DNA of 64,000 nucleotides. It comes from Gemmatimonadota bacterium. Its GTDB lineage: Bacteria; Gemmatimonadota; Gemmatimonadetes; Palauibacterales; KS3-K002. The notes beneath the pieces are model-generated. The model was not told where the DNA came from, searched no databases, and worked only from the letters and a program-made list of their open reading frames with translations. Positions 49,076 to 58,027 of this stretch are shown in pieces (positions within the stretch are counted from its first letter, which is position 1; each line of letters begins with the position of its first letter). The position numbers were made by a program, and so were the translations under genes. The stretch covers positions 29,703 to 93,702 of the forward strand of contig JBDHJS010000025.1 of assembly GCA_039586795.1 (NCBI GenBank). The letters are read 5' to 3'.

Positions 49076-50881
49076 CTGTCTATCGCCTACTGTGACGGAA
49101 GGCGACTGAAGCGCCTGTTCCTTGCGGGGTCGGAGCACGTCTTCTTCCATCGCGACGAGCTCGACCGGATCAATGTGTTCCCCGTGCCAGACGGGGACAC
49201 GGGTACGAACCTGGCACTGACGTTCCGTGGCATGGTGGAGACACTGGGCGGCTTGGAAGATCCGTCAGTCGCCGGCATGGCCTCCCGACTTGCCGAGGCC
49301 GGAGTGATGGCCGCACGCGGTAACTCGGGCATGATGATGTCTCACTTCTTCCTCGGCTTTGCTGAAGGCCTTAGGGAGAAGGATCGAGCCGGCGCGGCGG
49401 ACCTCGCAATCGCGATGCGCCAGGCCACGGACTCCCTCTATCAAGCTGTCGACGAGCCACGTGAAGGCACGATCCTCACCGTCGTCCGCGAGTCCGTGGA
49501 AGAAGTAGAGCGGTACTCCGAACAAGCTCCCAACCTCGATGCCTTGGCGCAGCGGATGCTGCGAGCGGCTAACGAGTCGCTCGAGCGGACGCCCGCGCTG
49601 CTCCCCGTGCTTCGCGATGCGAACGTGGTGGACGCCGGTGCGCAGGGCTTCGTGCACTTCGTAGAAGGTATGGTGTCGCTGATCGACGGCGGCGGCGGTC
49701 GTATGCCGGTGGTGGTGAGCGATACGCCCATGCGGGACGCGGCGGCCGAGGCCGCATACCCCGAGGACGGTGATCGTGGGTACACGTACTGCACGGAGTT
49801 TGTGATACGCGGTGAATCGCTGCCGGAGCGACGCGATCTGGCTGGGGCGGTACGCGGCTTGGGCGGCTCGTTGATCGTCACGCGAGCTGCATCGCTTGCC
49901 AAGATCCACATCCACACAAACGATCCGGCTGCGGTGGAAACCGTGCTGGAACAGCTGGGCGGAGCAGTGGAGAGGGTCAAAGCGGAAGACATGCGCGAGC
50001 AGCATCGCGTGCGCCGGGGAACGCTAAAGAGTCGTGTGGCGATAGTGACGGACACGACTTGCGACCTGCCACCAGAGCTTGTCATCGAGCATGACATAAC
50101 AATCACGCCGCTCACGGTCATGTTTGGTGACGAGTCGTTCCTGGACCAGGTCGACATCACGCACGAGGAGTTTCTCGAGCGACTAACCGATCCGTCACAG
50201 CCGCAGCCTACGACCTCTCAGCCGACGCCTGCGCATCTGGAGCAGGCCTTCGCCCGGGCGACCGAGCACGCCGAGACCGTGCTTGGCATCTTCGTTTCCG
50301 GTCGGCTCTCCGGTACGCTGAGTCAGGCCCAGGCGGTGGCAGACCGCCACAAAGAAGAAAGAATAGCGGTTCACGATGGGAGGTCCGCGTCTCTCGGGCT
50401 TGGGCTCAAGGTTCTGAAGGCGGCCGAGATGGCGCGAGAGGGAAGCGAGATCTCGGCGATCGTGGAAGAGCTGGAGCGGCTGCGCGATCGATCGGGGCTG
50501 TTGTTGACGCTGGATACGTTGAAGTATCTGAACCGATCGGGTCGGGTCGGCACCGCCAAGGCCTTCCTTGGCACGTTGTTGGATCTGAAACCGTTCCTGA
50601 GTCTCGATCGAGACGGCGCGGTCGTACCTGTCGACCGGGTGCGGGGTCGCGAGGCGGCTATCCCCCGGGCTCTGGAGATCTTGCAGCGACGCATCCCGAC
50701 GGACCGCCGGAGGCTGAGGCTGGGCGTGGTGCACGTTGCTTGCCGTGAATTGGCGGACGAGGTGGCGCACCAGCTGGAAGAGGTCTTCGCGCCGGACGAG
50801 ATCATGGTTCGGGCGGCGGCGGGCGTTCTGGCGGCGCATACGGGCCCGGGCGCCTGGGCGGTTTTCTACCAGGCGGAGTGA
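49076..50881 (+). CDS. DAK2 (FakA-like) - DegV (FakB-like) fatty acid kinase fusion (apparent CTG start)
   Basis: In-frame extension LSIAYCDGRRL...ELDRINVFPVPDGDTGTN; ARGNSG, EGTILTV, YCTE, HIHT; then a DegV domain with TDTTCDL, TTSQP, SGT, HTGPG. Confidence 0.9.
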   Translation: MSIAYCDGRRLKRLFLAGSEHVFFHRDELDRINVFPVPDGDTGTNLALTFRGMVETLGGLEDPSVAGMASRLAEAGVMAARGNSGMMMSHFFLGFAEGLREKDRAGAADLAIAMRQATDSLYQAVDEPREGTILTVVRESVEEVERYSEQAPNLDALAQRMLRAANESLERTPALLPVLRDANVVDAGAQGFVHFVEGMVSLIDGGGGRMPVVVSDTPMRDAAAEAAYPEDGDRGYTYCTEFVIRGESLPERRDLAGAVRGLGGSLIVTRAASLAKIHIHTNDPAAVETVLEQLGGAVERVKAEDMREQHRVRRGTLKSRVAIVTDTTCDLPPELVIEHDITITPLTVMFGDESFLDQVDITHEEFLERLTDPSQPQPTTSQPTPAHLEQAFARATEHAETVLGIFVSGRLSGTLSQAQAVADRHKEERIAVHDGRSASLGLGLKVLKAAEMAREGSEISAIVEELERLRDRSGLLLTLDTLKYLNRSGRVGTAKAFLGTLLDLKPFLSLDRDGAVVPVDRVRGREAAIPRALEILQRRIPTDRRRLRLGVVHVACRELADEVAHQLEEVFAPDEIMVRAAAGVLAAHTGPGAWAVFYQAE

Positions 50882-50940
50882 TCATCTAGTGTTTGAAGCG
50901 TGAGGTTGAACGGAAGAAAGGAAGGGCGTGACGATAGAGG

Positions 50941-51345
50941 ATGTCTGACGTAATATCAGGTATGGCGGGGATGGGAACTGGAGGTCTGAGCCCGGACGGG
51001 TTACCGGAGGTCGTGCGCCGCGTTCTGGAGCTCGCGCTGGAGCGAAACGCTCGCGAGCCATTGCTCCTCGACCTGCGCGGCTTGTCCGACGCGTGCGACT
51101 ACTTTCTCATAGCGTCGGGCGACTCAGACGTCCATGTACGAGCCATCGCCGAGCACATAACCGGTGGCCTGGCCCAAGAGGGAGTGCGGCCGGCCGGGGT
51201 GGAGGGCGAGCGGACAGCGCGTTGGGTACTGATCGACTATATCGACCTGGTGGTGCATGTGTTTCACCCGGTCGTGCGCGAATTTTACCAACTGGAGCGG
51301 CTGTGGGGCGACGCACCCACAATGCTGATTGAGGAACCGGCTTGA
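50941..51345 (+). CDS. rsfS: Ribosome silencing factor
   Basis: DYFLIASG, WVLIDYIDLVVHVF, FYQLERLWGDA. Confidence 0.95.
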   Translation: MSDVISGMAGMGTGGLSPDGLPEVVRRVLELALERNAREPLLLDLRGLSDACDYFLIASGDSDVHVRAIAEHITGGLAQEGVRPAGVEGERTARWVLIDYIDLVVHVFHPVVREFYQLERLWGDAPTMLIEEPA

Positions 51346-51355
51346 CGATATCGAG

Positions 51356-54300
51356 ATGACTTCAGGTGGCAGACGGCGCCGGGATACCCCAGCTGTCCGT
51401 GCGCCACGGATTCTAGCAGTTCTCACGCTGCTTTTGCCCGCCCTGGCGGAGCCTGCATCCGCCCAGTTCGGCCGAAACAAGCTCCAGTACGAAGTTTTCG
51501 ATTTCCAGATCATCCAGACAGGACACTTCGACATCTACTACTATCCGCGCGAGCGCGAGGCGGCGATGGACGCCGCGCGCATGGCGGAGCGCGCCTATAT
51601 CAGACTAAGCAGAATCCTCGGCCACGAATTCGAGGAGCGGAAGCCGATCATCCTCTACGCGTCGCACAGCGAGTTTCAGCAGACGAACGCGCTTCGCGGG
51701 TTTATCGCCGAGGGTACTGGAGGCGTCACCGAGTTTGCCAAGAAGCGAGTCATCCTTCCGTTTACCGGGTCGTATGCCGATTTCGAGCATGTGCTGACGC
51801 ACGAGCTCGTGCATGCTTTTCAATACGACGTGATCGCCCGGGGATTGGCGAGCCAGCTGAATCCACTGGAGTTTCAGCCGCCCTTGTGGTTCTTCGAGGG
51901 GATGGCGGAGTACCTGTCGGTGGGTGAACTGGATACGCATACCCAAGCATGGCTTCGAGATGCGGTGTTGACGGGCTACATGAGAACGATCCCCGAGATG
52001 AACCTGTACGGCGACTATCTGTCGTACCGGTTCGGGCAGTCGCTGTGGGCCTATATCGGAGGGAAGTGGGGGGATCGAGTCATCGGCTTGCTGCTGCAAC
52101 GTACTATGCGGCTGGGCCTGGAGGGCGCGCTTCGGGTGACGCTCAGGATGGGGACGGAGGAGCTTTCGGAAGAGTGGTTGGAGACGATCCGCACGACGTA
52201 CCTACCAGAGGTGGCCCGGCGCGCGAGCCCGGGTGAGATAGGAGAGCGGATAACAAATCACTCGTTCAGGCCGGGGTCGGGCGAGTTCGCGTCGTATCTC
52301 GCGCCGTCGCTCTCACCGGATGGTAGCAAGATCGTCTTCCTCTCGGATCGAGGTCACGATCTGTATTCGTTCTTTGACATGTGGCTCGCCTCGACGGAAT
52401 CCGGCAAGGTTGAAGATCGCTTGATCAAGTCCTCGCGCAGCCCGGATTTCGAATCGCTTCGCTTCATGAACTCGTCGGCCGCCTGGTCGTACGATGGGCA
52501 ACGGATCGCCTTCGTGGCTCAAGTCGGCGGTCGGGACGCGCTGTACGTGTACGACGTAGAAGAGCGGTGGGTCGTTCGGAAGATCAAGCTCGATCTTGAT
52601 GGGATACAGAATCCGACGTTCTCGCCCGACGGTGAGCGCATCGCCTTCACCGGCCTGCAAGGCGGAATCAGTGACCTGTACGTCGTCGATGCGGACGGCG
52701 AGCGCTTCCGGCAGCTGACGGACGATCGCTATGCGGACCTGCATCCGGCATGGTCGCCGGACGGTCAGCGCATCGCGCTTACCACCGACCGCGGGATCGA
52801 CACGGACTTCGAGCAACTGGTCTTCGGCAATTTCCGTATCGCGATATACAGCCTGGGCAGAGGCGAAGTGGAGGTTCTTCCCTTCCAGGAGGAGGGTAAG
52901 AACACGAACCCGGTCTGGGCCCCGGATGGATCGGCTCTCGCCTTCATCTCGGACCGCAGCGGAGTCAACAACGTCTATATCCAGACGCTGGCCGAACAGA
53001 GGCTGTATCAAGCGACCGACCTGTTGTCCGGTGTGACGGGCATCATACCGCTCAGCCCGGCGATCTCCTGGGCGGCGGGGGCGGATCGCCTGGCGTTCAC
53101 CTACTTCGAAGGTGCTGGCTACAACATCTACCTGATCGAGGACCCGCGGTCGAAAGCCTGGTTGGTGGACGAGGTCGTCAGGGGGCCGCTGGTCGCGATG
53201 GCGGATGACGGCGGCATACAAACGAACGGCGACGGGCACACGAATGGCGACAACGGTACGAACGGTGATGTGCCGAGGCCGGATCAATCGACGAAACGTG
53301 TGAGCAGCCAGTCCTTCTACCGACTGGCGGATGGCTTCAGATACTCGGCGGCGCAGCCAGTGCCGGAAGAGCGGGCGGTCGCGCGAAGGGAAGTCACGGT
53401 TCGGGACTTGTTGGCTAATTCGTCGCTGGGCTTGCCGGACACGGCGTCGTTCGGGGAGGTAGACTACAAGGTGAAGTTGTCGCCGGACATCATTGGCCAG
53501 CCGGTGATCGGCGCCCAGGTGGGTGGCTTTTACGGCAACGGCATCTACGGCGGGTCGTATATTCTGCTGTCCGACATGATGGGCGACCACAACGTGTTCC
53601 TGTCGGGTCAGATCGCGGGCTCGTTCGACGATGCGTACATCCTGACGCAATACGCCTACTTACGTGAGCGGGCGAACCTGCAGATGTCGTATCAGCAGTT
53701 TCCGCTGTACCGGTTCTTCGGGACGGTGCCCAATTTAGATACGAGGGGCCCTGTGTACGAAGACAAGTTCATGCGCGATGTGTACCGTATTCTCTCGATG
53801 GACCTCCACTACCCGTTCAACACGTTTCAACGTCTGGAGCTCTCGGCGGTCGGATTCTACGTCAGCCGGGACAGCGTGTTCAACCGAGTGGTCGCGGGCG
53901 GCATAAATGGACAGACCGATCGGCGGGTGAGTCGGTTCGACAACATGGTCTTTGCAGGACCCTCCATCGCCCTGGTGTGGGACAACACGTTCTTTGGCTA
54001 CATGGGCCCGATCATGGGGAGGCGTTATCGGTTTTCGATCGGCCACTATTTCGGGGACGTGCAGATGACGGATGTGACGTTCGACTACCGTCACTACTTC
54101 AACATCGCAGGCCAGTGGACCGTGGCGACGCGAATGAGCACGTACTCGCGGACCGGCCCGAACGAGCACGAGTTCAGACTGTATTGGGGTGGTCCTTACT
54201 ACTTGCGTGGCTACGACGGAGGATCGTTCAGCGCTGGCGAGTGCCTGGCATCGATGGCCAAGATGAATTCACAGGGAGCGACTCTGTGCCCTGTGCGTGA

Positions 54301-54640
54301 CCAGTTGATCGGGAGCAGTATCGCACTGGCGAGTATCGAGTTTCGGTTTCCGATCTTCAACTACCTGGACCTTGGGTTCGCTCCCCTGGGTCTTCCGCCC
54401 ATGGGAGGGGCGATCTACTTCGATGTTGGGACGGCGTTCAACAGCTTCGACCAGCTTGCCTGGTCGCGGGCGACGTGGGCGGACCCGTGGCTGATCCGAC
54501 AGCCGCTTGCGGGAGCGGGCGTCGGAGTTCGAATGAGCTTTGGGTACGCTATCCTGAGACTCGATTATACGGTGCCGATGCATCGCCCGGACCGACGCGG
54601 TTTCGGGGTCTGGTCGTTCTCTTTCGGCCCCTCGTTCTAA
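51356..54640 (+). CDS. Zincin-like domain + PD40/TolB-like propeller + Omp85/BamA-type beta-barrel protein
   Basis: Signal ASA-QFGRNK, HELVH...WFFEGMAEY, PxxSPDG repeats, LRGY, EFRFP, C-terminal FSFGPSF. Confidence 0.88.
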   Translation: MTSGGRRRRDTPAVRAPRILAVLTLLLPALAEPASAQFGRNKLQYEVFDFQIIQTGHFDIYYYPREREAAMDAARMAERAYIRLSRILGHEFEERKPIILYASHSEFQQTNALRGFIAEGTGGVTEFAKKRVILPFTGSYADFEHVLTHELVHAFQYDVIARGLASQLNPLEFQPPLWFFEGMAEYLSVGELDTHTQAWLRDAVLTGYMRTIPEMNLYGDYLSYRFGQSLWAYIGGKWGDRVIGLLLQRTMRLGLEGALRVTLRMGTEELSEEWLETIRTTYLPEVARRASPGEIGERITNHSFRPGSGEFASYLAPSLSPDGSKIVFLSDRGHDLYSFFDMWLASTESGKVEDRLIKSSRSPDFESLRFMNSSAAWSYDGQRIAFVAQVGGRDALYVYDVEERWVVRKIKLDLDGIQNPTFSPDGERIAFTGLQGGISDLYVVDADGERFRQLTDDRYADLHPAWSPDGQRIALTTDRGIDTDFEQLVFGNFRIAIYSLGRGEVEVLPFQEEGKNTNPVWAPDGSALAFISDRSGVNNVYIQTLAEQRLYQATDLLSGVTGIIPLSPAISWAAGADRLAFTYFEGAGYNIYLIEDPRSKAWLVDEVVRGPLVAMADDGGIQTNGDGHTNGDNGTNGDVPRPDQSTKRVSSQSFYRLADGFRYSAAQPVPEERAVARREVTVRDLLANSSLGLPDTASFGEVDYKVKLSPDIIGQPVIGAQVGGFYGNGIYGGSYILLSDMMGDHNVFLSGQIAGSFDDAYILTQYAYLRERANLQMSYQQFPLYRFFGTVPNLDTRGPVYEDKFMRDVYRILSMDLHYPFNTFQRLELSAVGFYVSRDSVFNRVVAGGINGQTDRRVSRFDNMVFAGPSIALVWDNTFFGYMGPIMGRRYRFSIGHYFGDVQMTDVTFDYRHYFNIAGQWTVATRMSTYSRTGPNEHEFRLYWGGPYYLRGYDGGSFSAGECLASMAKMNSQGATLCPVRDQLIGSSIALASIEFRFPIFNYLDLGFAPLGLPPMGGAIYFDVGTAFNSFDQLAWSRATWADPWLIRQPLAGAGVGVRMSFGYAILRLDYTVPMHRPDRRGFGVWSFSFGPSF

Positions 54641-54762
54641 GGGCTCGGGAAGGGCATTTTCACCTTGCGTTTCAGCGGTTTGTTCGGCTATCTTCTGCTA
54701 TGCCTACAGCATCCCAGCCTTTGCAGTTTAACGTCCTGTAATAGCGCGGAGACCGCCTGAAG

Positions 54763-56367
54763 TTGTATCGGTCGAACCGAACCGCACTCCCTATCGCACT
54801 GGCCTTCATGCTGGGGGCTCTCGGTGCCTGTTCGTCGGAGCAGCGGACACAGTTGTCGGACGGTTCGTTGGATGGGACCGCGTGGCTAGGTAGCGCCGAC
54901 CAGTGGGGACTTCTGGGTCTCCCGCTGGAGGGTGGTCCCGTAACGTACCGGCGCGCGGGTACGCTCGAGTCGCCGACGTGGGCGCCACCCGAGCTGGAGC
55001 CGCTGGCCGGGGCGTGGCCGGCGGAAGATGCGATCTGGGTTCGATTCCCGGACGCCCGTATCGCGCAATACGAGTACGCGACGGGGCACCTGTTGACGTG
55101 GGATTCGATGCCTGCGACGGAGCAGGCCGTCGCGCTGGCGGGTGCGCGACAGTTGGTCATCGCCCCTGAAGGTCGGGCGCTGGAGCACGTAGGGCCGCTG
55201 GAGCCGTGGCGTTTCGAGTTGGACGCACCGCTGGTCCGAGTTATCGACGCCGGTGAGGGTTGGGTACTGGCCGTACTGGACGGTGAATCGGGCGCGGAAC
55301 TCGTTGTGGTGGAGCCTCCGGCGGATACGGCGCTCGGTCGGCGGCAGGTATCCGGCTTGGCCGACCTGGCGATCACGGCATGGGGTGATCGCCTGTACTA
55401 CCTCTCGGGGAACCCGGAAGATGCGGCCGTCCACGCGTTGAGTTTGCCTGGACTGGAAGACGCTGATCGGCTCGAGCTTCCCGAGGCGGGCAGCGCCGTG
55501 GTAATAACGCCGTCAGCTCACCGTCTCTATGTGGCCGTGGCCGATAGTCTGCGGGTCTTCGACTTGTTGCGGGACCGGGAACTGGAGCCCGTGGCGCTGC
55601 CGGAGCGGGTGACGAGTCTTCGCTTCTCGATCACCGGCTCCAACTTGCTGGCACGGCTCGAGGGAGCGGAGGATCGTGTCGCGGTGCTTCGGGTCGGCGT
55701 CGATTCGCTGCTCGGCGTTGTCTCGTCAGAATGGGACGAGGACTTGCCGACGGTGGTACCCGGTGGGCGGCTTGTCGCCCGACTGGGAAGCGAACTGGTA
55801 CTCCATGATGCGTCGACCCTTGTCGAGCTGGCTCGGTCCGAAGTGGGGACGGCCGGGCGCTGGTTCACCGTCGAGTGGCAGCCACCGAGGCCGCGCCAGG
55901 AGACATCACAGCGACCACAGGCACCGCTCACCGTGCGGGCGATGCCGCGTGGCGACTCTGACGAAGAAGCGGCCGAACTCGATCCGGAGGCGGGCGCCCC
56001 GGACGGGTTCTACGCTGTGGTCTCCGCGGCTCGAGAGCGAACCGGCGTGGAGAATCTGGTTACATGGCTGCGCTCGGTCGAGTACCCGGGCGTCGTCGAT
56101 GTGCACGTGGACCCGATGGGCGTGACATGGTATCGGGCGATGGTCGGGCCCTATCTGGATCGTGATCGAGCGGAGGAAGCGGCTCAGTCACTGGGCGCCA
56201 GATACGGCTACAAGCCCTGGATCCTATCGGTGAGCCGGGCGGATGATGAGGATGGGCCGGAGAACGAGCAGCCACGAGGTGACGTAGATTCTGATGCGTC
56301 GCCCTTGGATGAGAATACAAGGTTGAGGAGTCAGGGAGGTGGGGATAGTGGAGACGCCGCAGTCTGA
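54763..56367 (+). CDS. Lipoprotein with a beta-propeller-like region and a C-terminal SPOR domain
   Basis: Lipobox LGA-C; WYRAMVGPYLDRDRAEEAAQSL...KPWI. Confidence 0.75.
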   Translation: MYRSNRTALPIALAFMLGALGACSSEQRTQLSDGSLDGTAWLGSADQWGLLGLPLEGGPVTYRRAGTLESPTWAPPELEPLAGAWPAEDAIWVRFPDARIAQYEYATGHLLTWDSMPATEQAVALAGARQLVIAPEGRALEHVGPLEPWRFELDAPLVRVIDAGEGWVLAVLDGESGAELVVVEPPADTALGRRQVSGLADLAITAWGDRLYYLSGNPEDAAVHALSLPGLEDADRLELPEAGSAVVITPSAHRLYVAVADSLRVFDLLRDRELEPVALPERVTSLRFSITGSNLLARLEGAEDRVAVLRVGVDSLLGVVSSEWDEDLPTVVPGGRLVARLGSELVLHDASTLVELARSEVGTAGRWFTVEWQPPRPRQETSQRPQAPLTVRAMPRGDSDEEAAELDPEAGAPDGFYAVVSAARERTGVENLVTWLRSVEYPGVVDVHVDPMGVTWYRAMVGPYLDRDRAEEAAQSLGARYGYKPWILSVSRADDEDGPENEQPRGDVDSDASPLDENTRLRSQGGGDSGDAAV

Positions 56368-58027
56368 TATTCCCTGGCCGCACGCGGCAACGCTGGTCCT
56401 GGCGGCCGATACAGCCCGTCAGCGGCGTTGGGCGGTGTCCACCGCCATCGATATCATACGCAAGCTGGCGGATCAACATCCGAAGGTCGTCCTCGCCGAT
56501 ATCCAGCTGCGCAAACCGTCATCGCTGGCCGCAACTCTCGGCATAGAAGAGGGCCCCGGCATCGTCGACGTGCTGTTCCGCGGCGCATCGTTTTCAGCGT
56601 CCGCGCACAAGCCCGAGGGGGAGTCGTTCTACTTTCTCAGCATCGGAACGGATCCGCCGCCGAGACAGGTCTTATTCGCTCATCCCCGGTGGAAGAAGAT
56701 CGCCGATCGACTCGGCGAAACTGGGGCTCACCTGCTGCCGTGTGTCATGGCGGAAGACTATCTGGAATCTGGCCCGATACCGGGCTTCGAGCCCTGCATA
56801 GTCTTGAACGCGACCGGAGTGGATGTCGAGTTGCCGGAGGGTGCACGTCGGATTGCCGAATTCCTGGCGCCGCCGGAGATCCGCGAGTCGGAGGAGGAAG
56901 GAGTTGACCTTCCTGCCTACGTGACGGGCGAGCCCGAGGCAGCGCCGGAGCCCGAGCCGGAAGCGGAAGTCGCGGCACAGCCGTTCGTGGATGGGCCGAG
57001 GGAGGAGTCGCCAGACCAGGAGCCGGAGCCCGAGCCTGAGTTGCCACTGGAAGCGGAACCGGAGCCCGAGTCGGTCGGAGCCGCCGGGTCATTCGGCGAG
57101 GAAGTGGAGCCGGACCGGGACAGGGCGATCGCTGACCTGCAGCAGGAGCTGGCTTCGATCAGGCCGAGGCAGATCGTCATCGATCCGCCGATCGAGCTCC
57201 CGCCGCCGGCGGAAGTCCGTCGTCGCCCGATCATACCGGCCATCGCGATCGGGGCCGCTCTCGTCGCGGTCGTTCTGTTTGTTGTGTGGCGCATGTTCGG
57301 GACGGGCTCGTCGCCGGAGGAGGGAGAGGTCGCGGCGGCGGCTGATACCACGACGGTGGTGGATACAGTACCCGACTCCTCGGCGATGGTCGTGGACATG
57401 GCCGCAACGGGCGAGGCGCTGGCCGGCGATCCGACGGCGGCGCCGGAAGAGACGCCGGAAGCGACGCCTGCGGTGACGCCGGAGACGGAGGCGGCCGAAG
57501 CATCGCCGCCTGCGGAAGAGCCGCCGGCAGGGAGTCGACGACAGGAGGTCGCTCTGCCATATTCCGTCGCAATCGCGTCTTATAGCTCGCTCGACGATGC
57601 CATTGCGCGCCAGCAGCGGTGGACGAGCGAGGAGGTCCCGTTCTACGTCGCGCCGACGGTGGTTCGCGGAGTTGTCTACTACCGGGTGTTCGCTGGCATA
57701 CTGCACGATCGCGACCAGGCGGAAAGACTGATGGCACAACTGGTCGACCAGGGCGTCAAGGACCAGAGTCGGGATTGGGACGTGCGGCCGGCGAGCCTGG
57801 CCTTCGGCTTCGGCTCTTTCGTCACGGCGCAGGAGGCGGGATCAGCTGTGGCGACGCTGGCCAGCCAGGGCGTACCAGCCTACGTCGTGCCGGCGGCTGG
57901 CGGCGCGTTCTATGTGTACGCCGGCGGTTATGAGCGAGCCTCTGACGCCCAGCCGCTGCTGGAACACCTGCAGCGAGCTGGACTGCAATCTGAACTGGTG
58001 GAAAGGGTGGGTTTGGAGCTGCCATGA
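56339..58027 (+). CDS. Bitopic protein: degenerate P-loop (CpsD/CapB/MinD-like) N-domain, acidic Pro-rich linker, TM helix, tandem SPOR-like domains
   Basis: VVLADIQLRKPS...PGIVDVLF; TM AIAIGAALVAVVLFVVW; YYRVFAG and FYVYAGGY SPOR motifs. Confidence 0.75.
   Translation: MGIVETPQSDIPWPHAATLVLAADTARQRRWAVSTAIDIIRKLADQHPKVVLADIQLRKPSSLAATLGIEEGPGIVDVLFRGASFSASAHKPEGESFYFLSIGTDPPPRQVLFAHPRWKKIADRLGETGAHLLPCVMAEDYLESGPIPGFEPCIVLNATGVDVELPEGARRIAEFLAPPEIRESEEEGVDLPAYVTGEPEAAPEPEPEAEVAAQPFVDGPREESPDQEPEPEPELPLEAEPEPESVGAAGSFGEEVEPDRDRAIADLQQELASIRPRQIVIDPPIELPPPAEVRRRPIIPAIAIGAALVAVVLFVVWRMFGTGSSPEEGEVAAAADTTTVVDTVPDSSAMVVDMAATGEALAGDPTAAPEETPEATPAVTPETEAAEASPPAEEPPAGSRRQEVALPYSVAIASYSSLDDAIARQQRWTSEEVPFYVAPTVVRGVVYYRVFAGILHDRDQAERLMAQLVDQGVKDQSRDWDVRPASLAFGFGSFVTAQEAGSAVATLASQGVPAYVVPAAGGAFYVYAGGYERASDAQPLLEHLQRAGLQSELVERVGLELP

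Noticed and set aside
56930..57120. GAGCCG/GAGCCC repeats
   Set aside because: They simply encode a Glu-Pro low-complexity linker
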